DNA from: Eledone cirrhosa | Lineage: Eukaryota | Direction: 5' to 3' | Assembly (NCBI GenBank): GCA_964016885.1 | Contig: OZ024741.1 | Location: 22,134,001-22,198,000 of the forward strand | DNA length: 64,000 bases | Part shown: piece by piece, positions 54,311 through 64,000 of the stretch | How positions within the stretch are numbered: the first letter of the stretch is position 1 | Layout of the letters: each line of letters opens with the position of its first letter | The notes under the pieces: generated by a model | What the model was told of the DNA's origin: nothing | The model's input: only the letters and a program-made list of their open reading frames with translations | The model's database searches: none | Translations under genes and position numbers: made by a program

Positions 54311-57062
54311 CATGGTGGCTGCCAACTCGTTTTCGACTACGGCCACTACTTTATATCCATGTAGGAGAACCCCTACCGATGCACTGAACGAGTGTGACTT
54401 TTTAGTCCAGCCAGCGACTTGAAAACTCTGGTACAAACACTACACCTGTGACAATTATTGACACATAGTGCTGGTATCATGTGACGACAAGTGCAGAGAG
54501 ATCTCCAGATATAAAGCAATGCCTGTGCCGTGAAGCTTTTATAGTGAGTAAAGGCACTGCACGAAGCCAGTCCCACTCTGTATGTATGTATGTATGTATG
54601 TATGTATGTATGTATGTATGTACATACATACATACATACATACAACCTGTCTCATGGTCGGGTCGTTGGCGACTAAACTGGCAACCCCATCAAGGTTTCT
54701 TGGTGAGGAGGGTGACTTTGGACATCCTGCAGGACTAAAAACAAAACCTGTCAAAGGGCAAAGGAGCTCTTAAGTGTCAATGGCCATCCAAAATCACTGG
54801 GAGAGATGACCCCTTAGCCTTTGTCAAGGCAGAATTCTAGGAGAAGGAAAACTCTGATATAACACCTGCAACCCTGATGGTATCCAATGATGTTGACTAG
54901 TTCTTCTTTTTGGTAAATATCATCTTGGTTAAGAGAGTGGGACTGGCTTTGTGCAGTGCCTTTGCTCACTATAAAAGCTTCACGGCACAGGCATTGCTTT
55001 ATATCTGGAGATCTCTCCGCACTTGTCGTCACATGGTACCATGGGCCCAACACTATGTGTCAATAGTTGTCACAAGTGTAGTGTTTGTACCAGAGTTTTC
55101 AAGTCGCTGGCTGGACTAAAAAGTCACACTCGTTCAGCGCATCGGTAGGGGTTCTCCTACATGGATATAAAGTAGTGGTCGTACTCGAAAACGAGTTGGC
55201 AGCCACCATGTATGTATGTATGTATGTATGTATGTATGAATGTACATACATACATACATACATACATATATGATGGCTGCAGACTCTGCTAAGAGTATAT
55301 CAATCGCTTGTCAGATTATAGAGCTTGGTGCACTTTTAGACTACGGCCAGCCACACGAACCTGTAACATATCCTGAACAAGCAATGCCTGTGCTTTGAAG
55401 GTCTTTTAAGTGGGGAAAGGCCTTGCACTCGACCAACTACTCTCTGAGCATCGAAAACACTACCCGAGAAGGAGAACTGGTCAACATCATCGGATGCTTC
55501 CGAAGCCGCAGGTTTTTTTTTAGTGTTTCCTAGAAAAGTGTTGTGACAGCAACTGGGGGTCTTTCACTCCCAGGTGAAAAAAAAAGTACTATTTGGATGG
55601 CCGTTGACTCTGCTGAGTTTCTCCGCCCTTTGCCGGGTCTTGTATTTTTTCCAGCAGGGTGTCCAAATATCACCCTCCTCACCAAGCAACCTTGGTGGGG
55701 TTGCCGGTTTAGTCGCCGACAACCTGACCATGAGACAGGTTATACTGAGTTATATGTTGCCAGTAGCACTCGAAAGCGACCTGACATACATACATGATGA
55801 TGACAGCTCCCTCGTTATCGAGTATGACCATTTCACGATATACCATTATTAATAATTATTAATTAATTCTATCATGCAATGCCTGTGCGTGAAGAAATTT
55901 TTTTAAAGTGAGGAAAGACTGTGCACTGAGCCAATCCCACCCTCTGAGCGACAGTAGCTATAACCCGAAAAGAAGAAAAGATCAACATCATCGGTAACTA
56001 CTGAGCTGCAGGTTTTATATCGGAGTTATCCTAGTTTCCTGAGTTGCCTTCTCCTAGAAGAATGCCCTGACAAAAGCTAGGGGTCCTTCACTCCCAGTGG
56101 TTTAACCGCGCGATCGGGTATCCAGCCTGATTATTTCTATGTCCCTGCGCATATACATACACATGCACTCATGTATATACACATATACATATACATGCGT
56201 ATATACATATTTACACACTTTTGGATGGCCGTTGACTCTTATGAGTTCTTTCGCCCTTTATCAGGTTTTGTTTTTTGTCCTACAGGGTGTCCAAAATCAC
56301 CTTCTTCACCAAGTAAACTTGGTGGGGTTGCCGGTTTAGTCGTCGACGACCCGACTATGCAACAGGTTGTAGTGGGTTACATGTTACCAGTAGCACTCAA
56401 GAGTGACCCGACATACATACATACATACATACATACATACATACATACATACATACATACATACATACATGGTGGCTGCCAACTCGTTTTCGAGTACGGC
56501 CACTACTTTATATCCATGTAGGAGAACCCCTACCAATGCGCTGAACGAGTGTGACTTTTTAGTCCAGCCAGCGACTTGAAAACTCTGGCACAAACACTAC
56601 ACCTGTGACAACTATTGACACATAGTGCTGGGCCCATGGTACCATGTGACGACAAGTGCAGAGAGATCTCCAGATATAAAGCAATGCCTGTGCTGTGAAG
56701 CTTTTATAGTGAGCAAAGGCACTGCACAAAGCCAGTCCCACTCTCTTAACCAAGATGATATTTACCAAAAAGAAGAACAATTCAACATCATTGGATACCA
56801 TCAGGGTTGCAGGTGTTATATCAGAGTTTTCCTTCTCCTAGAATTCTGCCTTGACAAAGGCTAAGGGGTCATCTCTCCCGGTGATTTTGGATGGCTATTG
56901 ACTCTTAAGAGCCCCTTTGCCTTTTGACAGGTTTTGTTTTTAGTCCTGCAGGATGTCCAAAGCCACCCTCCACACCAAGAAACCTTGGTGGGGTTGCCAG
57001 TTTAGTCGCCAACGACCCGACCATGAGACAGGTTGTACTGGGATACATGTTACCAGTAGCAC
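54311..57062. mobile_element. Cluster of five RTE-derived ~600-bp non-autonomous elements separated by (CATA)n
   Basis: Copies at 54311-54579(-), 54643-55210(+), 55270-55785(-), 55795-56412(-), 56468-57062(-); 3' part of one subfamily encodes CSVCTRVFKSLAGLKSH, tails (TGTA)n. Confidence 0.75.
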
Positions 57063-57243
57063 CAACTACATACATACATACATACATACATACATACATA
57101 CATGCATGCATGCATACATACATACATACATACATACATACATACATACATACATACATACATACATACATACATACATGAATGCATGCATATATACATA
57201 CATACATGCATGCATGCATACATACATACATACATACATACAT

Positions 57244-57280
<37 letters not shown>

Positions 57281-57374
57281 TACATACATACATACATACA
57301 TACATACATACATACATACATACATACATACATACATACATACATACATACATACATACATACATACATACATA

Positions 57375-58700
57375 CCGGAACTCTGCGCAAAACAAAACAG
57401 TGGTTCACAATGTGTTTGCTGTGCCTGTCCTAACACCAACGTTTGGAATACTCAATTGGACGATAGACGAAATCCGAGCAGTTGATTTTAGAACTCGAAA
57501 AATACTAAACAGCACCGGAAACTTCCACATCAACAGTGACATAGACCGCCTTTACTTGAAACGTAAGCAGGGAGGCAGAGGCCTAACATCAGTCCAGACA
57601 GCATTTGAATGTCGCATCATATCCCTCCGACAACATCTACGAACCTCGAAGCGTAGGAGCCCGTCTCTCGAACAAGTCTATCTGCATGAAACAGATAAGA
57701 TCATGAGAGTTGGGAAGGAACTCCTCCAGAGGTATTCCCTGCGTGATAATCAAAAACTCACACCCAGGGAAGTTGCTCGGCAATATCGCAGTGAATCCAT
57801 GGATGAAAAACTGCATGCTTATCAGCAAAAAATCATGCATAGATATGTTGCCAGGAAGCTCCAGAGTGAGAGTAATATAGATAAAGTAGTCTATCTTGGA
57901 CCAACAACCGCTATATTGGCTCCCACTTTGAAGGATACGCTTTTGCAATCCAAGAACAGGAAATCAACACGAAATACCTGATTCACAAAAGAGATAGGGA
58001 AGCAGGCATAACACCTAGATGTGATAACAAGTGCACTCTGCAGAATTAACATCGAAGATGTCACCCATGTCATAAGCAGCTGTCCAAAGATGTCATCGCG
58101 GTACAATGCAATCCGTAGAAAAGATAGCCCCGATAATAAACACATTAAAAGCTACAACAATGTGGAAGACATACATATATATAATATGAAAGAGTGCTGG
58201 TGGAATGTTCCAGTCAAAACCCCAATAAAATGCAGGCATAACAGACCAGATATTATTATATGGGACAGGGAAAAGAAGGCATGCACAGTAGTGGAAGTTA
58301 GCTGCCCAGCAGATGCCAATATAATATCAGAGATTAGCGAAAAAGAGAATATTTATGCAGAACTGATGAAAAATCTGCAGATACTCCACCCTGATTACAC
58401 CTTCAGATTTATGCCTGTGATTATTGGGGCACTGGGGTATGTTAGTAACTGTCTCAATATAAATCTTGAGAAGCTGGGTTTCACAGGAACAGAAAGAACA
58501 CAACTAGTTAGGAAATTACAAGTACAATCCATTAATGGAACAGTAAAAATATGTAAAACATTCCAAAAATTCTGCATGTAATAACTGCATATACACTTGT
58601 ACAGATACAAAGCATATATACACATGCACACATACAACTCAAAACATACACATCCACACATACCTGCACGCACACACACACAAACACGTAGAGACATACA
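57375..58700 (+). mobile_element. Second R4/Dong-clade LINE 3' fragment
   Basis: FAVPVLTPTFG, RKQGGRGL, HNRPDIIIWD, VEVSCP, MPVIIGALG. Confidence 0.88.
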
Positions 58701-58762
58701 TATGTATTTAGTTGATGGAAGAGTTTTGTTTCTATGTTAGAAACCGCCCCCCCCCCCCCTCG

Positions 58763-58820
<58 letters not shown>

Positions 58821-58880
58821 TGAGATACACACACACACAGATATATAATATGTAAGGTATTTATTTATTTGTATTTGATC

Positions 58881-58946
58881 GGTTCTGAGGAGTTATTCTA
58901 ACAGGGATGGAATATTCTTGTTAGTCTAACGAAACGGCCGTACATC
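58881..58946 (+). ncRNA. Hammerhead-like motif with weak stem I
   Basis: CTGAGGA GTTA..CTAACAGGGAT-ggaat-ATTCTTGTTAG..TAAC GAAAC GGCC GTA. Confidence 0.65.
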
Positions 58947-59465
58947 TATACACCCTGACACGACCAAAACTTAACAGAAAGTGGAGGGGTTCCTCCAACA
59001 GGAGTGAAAAGGCCCTAGCTTGGAATGGATGTGTCCAGACAAAGAGCCGACGAAAGATGAGAGATAATATCTTCTCAGTGTGCCTAGGTGATAAAGCAAC
59101 CCTAACAGCGGTACAATAATAATCTTCTAGATGTTCGGAATGTTCTTTATTTTAGATTTTAATGAATATTTCTGATGTTTATTAAGAGAAAGTAGAATAG
59201 ATTTTCTTAAGCATATAATGAAATAACCAAACAAATATAGTTTCATTTATTGGCGTGTGGCTGAGTGGTTAGAGTATTGGATTCACAATCGTGAGGTTGT
59301 GAGTTCGATTCCTGAACCAGGCGATGCGTTATGTCCTTGAGCAAGAGACTTTATTTTCACGTTGCTCCTTCTACCTGGAGTTGCGACCGATAGATAGTAT
59401 TAGCAATTGGAAAGACCAACGGAAACATAGTTTCCCCGGTCCGATTTGACGAAAGTCGATCGACT

Positions 59466-60068
59466 AGAATTATTGGCCACAAGGGCCGACACATATAGGG
59501 GACAATACAAAAGGCAGGGACAGTGGGGGTTTACGTGTAAATAATATAAATAACAATAAAAATACAAGGAAAATTCCTCAATAGCGGGGGGGAGGGACCT
59601 CCCAGGATTCACTCAGGTACCCCACCAATCCTGAACGACCCGACGCTTCAAAAGCACCCGGGAAGGGCACTCTTCTCCTCCTCAAATTCCCCCACCTACA
59701 GGCGCAAGATCAAAGTAGACCCACTCACACGGGCCATTCTCGCCACATTCACCCACCTTTCAGCAAATGCACGGGGAGGAGGGGGGGGGGGCAGCACTTC
59801 TCTCTCCACCTTCACCTTCCTTTCCAAGTGAAACTTGTAAAAGTTGATGAGGGATTGGCCGAAGAGATAAGTGTCTGTCTTCAGTCCTTTCAACCTGGTC
59901 CACCATACAACCTCTTTCGCAACTGCAACCAGATAGAGGAAAATTGTCTGCCCTTCCTGGCCAACAGAAGGCGGCGGGTTGATCTTCACTAGGGACTCGG
60001 CCGATAGCCGGATCCGTTCTACACGCGACAACAGCTGTTCGACATAAGTCAGTAATGCACGGACACTG
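59466..60068 (-). mobile_element. Tx1/L1-clade 3' fragment
   Basis: VAKEVVWWTRLKG...FYKFHLERKVKVEREVL...AERWVNVARMARV; same family as 3058 and 19930. Confidence 0.85.
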
Positions 60069-60277
60069 TTTCTTAAACTGTTTCTATTTTTACCAGAAAT
60101 ACAATTTTATATTGGTAGGAACCTCACAAATGTATTTCACAGAATTATATGATGAAAGTGAGAGAAAACAAAAATGACCATCAATTCACCATCAAGTGCG
60201 ACAGTCACACATCACAACGGTCAATGGAAATTGTTGAGGTAAGCCACACACCCATAGCATTATCGTGGATGATGTCT

Positions 60278-60482
60278 AGGCTAAGGCGCTGACACAACCA
60301 AGTACCCTTACGGGCGTCACCTGACACCTCGATAAGGCCGAGTGAGGGTGAGGCTAAGGCGCTGACACAAAGTACCCTTACGGGCGTCACCTGACACCTC
60401 GATAAGGCCGAGTGAGGGTGAGGCTAAGGCGCTGAAACAACCAAGTACCCTTATGGGCATCACCTGACACCTCAGTAAGGTG
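60278..60482. repeat. 70-73-bp GC-rich tandem repeat, ~2.8 copies
   Basis: Units start at 60278, 60351 and 60421. Confidence 0.9.
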
Positions 60483-60563
60483 AGCACCCCACGACGACAA
60501 AAACTTCATTGTCTGCGGTTCAGCTCCACTAAATGTCTGAAATGTTACCAGCTGGAAAAAATC

Positions 60564-61202
60564 GTTATTTGATAGTTGCAGGTATTTTAGCAGGTGTATG
60601 TTATTTGATAACTGGCAGGTATTTTAGCAGGTGTATGTTATTTGATAACTGGCAGGTATTTTAGCAGGTGTATGTTATTTGATAGTTGCAGGTATTTTAG
60701 CAGGTGTATGTTATTTGATAGTTGCAGGTATTTTAGCAGGTGTATGTTATTTGATAACTGGCAGGTATTTTAGCAGGTGTATGTTATTTGATAACTGGCA
60801 GGTATTTTAGCAGGTGTATGTTATTTGATAACTGGCAGGTATTTTAGCAGGTGTATGTTATTTGATAGTTGCAGGTATTTTAGCAGGTGTATGTTATTTG
60901 ATAGTTGCAGGTATTTTAGCAGGTGTATGTTATTTGATAACTGGCAGGTATTTTAGCAGGTGTATGTTATTTGATAACTGGCAGGTATTTTAGCAGGTGC
61001 ATGTTATTTGATAACTGGCAGGTATTTTAGCAGGTGTATGTTATTTGATAACTGGCAGGTATTTTAGCAGGTGTATGTTATTTGATAACTGGCAGGTATT
61101 TTAGCAGGTGTATGTTATTTGATAACTGGCAGGTATTTTAGCAGGTGTATGTTATTTGATAACTGGCAGGTATTTTAGCAGGTGTATGTTATTTGATAAC
61201 TG
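60564..61202. repeat. 36/37-bp minisatellite, ~17 copies
   Basis: Unit gttatttgataactggcaggtattttagcaggtgtat with a 36-bp variant. Confidence 0.95.
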
Positions 61203-61269
61203 ACAGTGCTAGTATCCAAGGGACCTGTAATGAACGGGACCGGCTATTATTTTGCTTTCTTTCTTATAT

Positions 61270-61458
61270 AATTGTTTCTACTTTTGGCACAAGGCCAGCA
61301 ATTACTCAGTGCATTACTGGTACTTTATTTTATCGACCCCGTAAGGATGAAAGACAAAGTTAACTTCGGCGGGATTTGAACTCAGAACATAAAGGGCCGC
61401 AACTCTATGCGCCAAAGCATGGCGTCCGACCCTCTACCGATACTGCTAATCCACCGCC
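61270..61458 (-). mobile_element. tRNA-derived SINE (well-preserved copy; others at 6980, 19706, 25320, 33598, 35050, 36270, 50920)
   Basis: Reverse complement ggcggtggattagcagtatcggtagag...gagttcaaatccc...tagaaacaatta; flanked by tttcttatataat duplication. Confidence 0.85.
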
Positions 61459-61489
61459 TTTCTTATATAATATGATTCGAAGTGGATAT

Positions 61490-61967
61490 AAGGTAGGCTG
61501 AAAAGTTCATAAGCTGATGATGAAGGAGTAATGCTAGAGCTGTGAAATCTTGCATGCATTAATTTCAAATCTTCTTATTAATAACTGCATTGTTTCTTTC
61601 CAGGGACTATGTTGACAAATATACCTCATTTAGTCATTCCATGAGAGTATCTTAGTCAGCATATGAAGGAGTGATGCTAGAGCTGTGAAATCTTGCATGT
61701 ATTAATTTCAAATCTTATTAATAACCGCATTGTTTCTTTCTAGGGACTATGTTGAAAAATAAACCTCATTGGGTCATTCCATGAGAGTATCGTGGGAAGC
61801 CTATGAAGGAGTGATGCTAGAGCTGTGAAATATTGCATGGATTAATTTCAAATCTTCTTGTTAATAACTGCATTGTTTCTTTCCAGGGACTATGTTAAAA
61901 AATAAATCTCATTTGGTCATTCCATGAGAGTATCCTGGTCAGCCTTTGAACTTTCCAACCGACCCTC
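61490..61967. mobile_element. Tc1/mariner-like MITE with triplicated ~141-bp interior
   Basis: Ends ggtaggctgaaaagttcataagctga / tcagcctttgaactttccaaccgacc. Confidence 0.65.
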
Positions 61968-62290
61968 CGACATTATAATTAAACTCAGTAGTTTACCTTA
62001 AACGTAAATAACCTAAGCAGATAATTTTAGACTAACAGAAATAGCAGCTAGTTGATACTATAGTTTAAATAGATGAAGAACGTATCGGACAAATATGGAA
62101 TCAAGTATTGTTTGAACTCCTTAGCTTCGCCATCATCACCCACGGTAATGCTGCGAGAGTGTTGGCTTGCCTCAAAAATTTGACTGACTTGGTGGTGAAT
62201 TGTTGGTTTTCTTCTTTTTTTCTGTTTTTCTTGCTTTGATTATATATTTTTGTATATTGTATTTATAAGGTTCCAAGCAATATTTTCATA

Positions 62291-64000
62291 TTTTTTTTTT
62301 TTTTTTTTATTTAACGTCCGTGTTCCACGCTTGCATGGGTTTGGACGGGGGTAGTCCCACTTGAGGCAAGAGTGATTGTCTTGCTCGCATAGGACTGTCT
62401 GGCAGGTTTTCTACAGTTGGATGCCCTTCCTAACACCAACCACATTTACAGTGTGGGTCTGGGAGGTTTTTACCGTGTTGCCTACACGGCCACATTACAG
62501 CGTGGACTGTGTGTTTTTTTGTCGTGACACCTACACGATCTCATTTGTTTCGGCCTCGATGGCGCGGCACCAACATAACTTTACATAGAACGGGGTGGTG
62601 TGGATCGGGTGGGGGTGGTGGTGGTGGGACGGGGTGTATTTTGTTAGAGATGCCTACTGGCTGGAGTAGGTTTTACTATATATTTAGGTAAGGCGGGTCT
62701 TCTCTGTTACTGAGTACCGCCAAAGGTCTCGGTCCAGTGACATTGTCTTGGAGAGGTGTAAGTGTGTGATGTCGGAGTTTATCAGCTCGTCCCAGGTTTT
62801 TCTAGGTCTGCCTATTCCGTGACTACCGTCTATCTTTATTGCCCTGCACTTTGTTATACAGCTATCGACTTTCATGCGCATCACGTGTCCATACCAACGT
62901 AGCCTTCTCTCGAGTAAACAACATCTGATCCCTCTTATCTCTAATTTTTTCCTTAGTTCGTTTATGCTTTGCCGTTCACGTATATTACTGTTACACATCC
63001 AGCGGAGCATGCAAGCTTCGTTCCTCTCTAGTCTGCGTATATCCTCTGCACACAATGCCCAGGTCTCACTGCCATGCAGCATTGCTGTTCGTATGCAGGC
63101 ATCGTACAACCTGCCTTTCATTTTTAGTGAGAACCCTTTAGCAGCTAATAGTGGTATAAGCTCTCTGAACTTTTTCCAACCAGTTCTGACTCTAGCTACA
63201 GTACTTTCAGAGCACCCTCCCCCACTGCTGATTTTATCGCCCAGGTAACGGAAGCTGTCCACTATTTCTATAGAACCCTCTGCGCAATTGAAAGAGCTAG
63301 TATTTTGTGGGCACTTGCTGCTACTTATTGCACCAGAGCACCGGCCACATGTAAAATCTATGTTCTTAGTTAGCTTACCTGTGATCCCACTACATCTTTT
63401 ATGCACCCATACTTTGCATTTAGGACATAAAATGGAGTTTCTACCTACGCCTTTCCTACACACCGAGCACGACCATTTCCCAGAAGGGACCGCCGCCTTG
63501 TTTTCTTTCCTACAAACTAGTACTTTGGTCTTAGCCAGGTTAATTTTAAGTCCTTTTGACTCTAGGCCGTGCTTCCATGTTTGGAATTTCTTCTCTAGCT
63601 CGGCCATTGATTCCGCTATGAGTGTCAGGTCGTCTGCGTATAGGAGTTCCCATGGGCAGCCTGTCTTGAACTCCTCTGTTATAGCCTGAAGGGCAATAAT
63701 AAATAGTAGTGGGCTGAGAACAGAGCCCTGATGGACGCCAACTTTTACGCTAAACTCTTCACTATATTCGTTGTTAATTCTAACCTTGCTGACTGTTTCT
63801 TTATACATGGCTTGTATAGCCCTCACAAGCCATTCGTCAACGCCTAGTTTTCTAAGAGCCCACCAGATAATGGAGTGGGGGACTCTGTCGAAGGCTTTCT
63901 CCAAGTCGACAAAAGCTAAGTAGAGGGGTTTACCTTTAGCTAGGTACTTCTCCTGTAGTTGTCGTACTATGAAAAGAGCGTCTGTGGTACTTTTTCCTGA
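62291..64000 (-). mobile_element. RTE-clade LINE 3' half with PHD-like finger inserted after the RT core
   Basis: FVDLEKAFDRVP, GVHQGSVLSPLLF, LLYADD, CSVC..CPKC..HKRC..CGRC, HGSETW, RRLRWYGHV, GRPRKTW; polyA tail at 62291-62309. Confidence 0.93.

Noticed and set aside
60564-61202. 36/37-bp array as a CRISPR
   Set aside because: No unique spacers, no cas genes, eukaryotic context; plain minisatellite (same for 27145-27994)
61270-61458. tRNA genes suggested by A/B boxes
   Set aside because: The boxes are heads of multi-copy SINEs with long non-tRNA bodies

Overview
Repeat-saturated animal genomic DNA, most likely an octopod cephalopod (inferred from the tRNA-derived SINE families, LINE types and long (TA)n/(CATA)n tracts). 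One host gene is visible: the last two coding exons of a RERG/RASL-like small GTPase (+; 1687-1760 and 35670-36107) with an atypical G3 box (DTAWK), separated by a ~33.9-kb intron packed with mobile elements. Elements include Penelope-like elements (PLEs), CRE, Tx1/L1, CR1, R4/Dong and RTE LINE fragments, SINEs, MITEs and Helitrons. Two things stand out. (1) About a dozen different type I hammerhead ribozyme (HHR) motifs, read by eye. Most have a palindromic stem III (dimer type), several have 30-115-nt extended or branched stem II domains or core variants, and most sit in fold-back PLE-derived elements inserted in (TA)n. One is a 466-bp tandem unit that looks like a circRNA-producing retrozyme. 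(2) A degenerate ~9-kb Helentron/Helitron2-type element whose Rep-helicase continues into a USP (C19) deubiquitinase domain and is followed by a U3-A8 hammerhead; a non-autonomous relative carries a BACK/SPOP-like cargo ORF. All calls are by eye; no database searches or folding programs were run.
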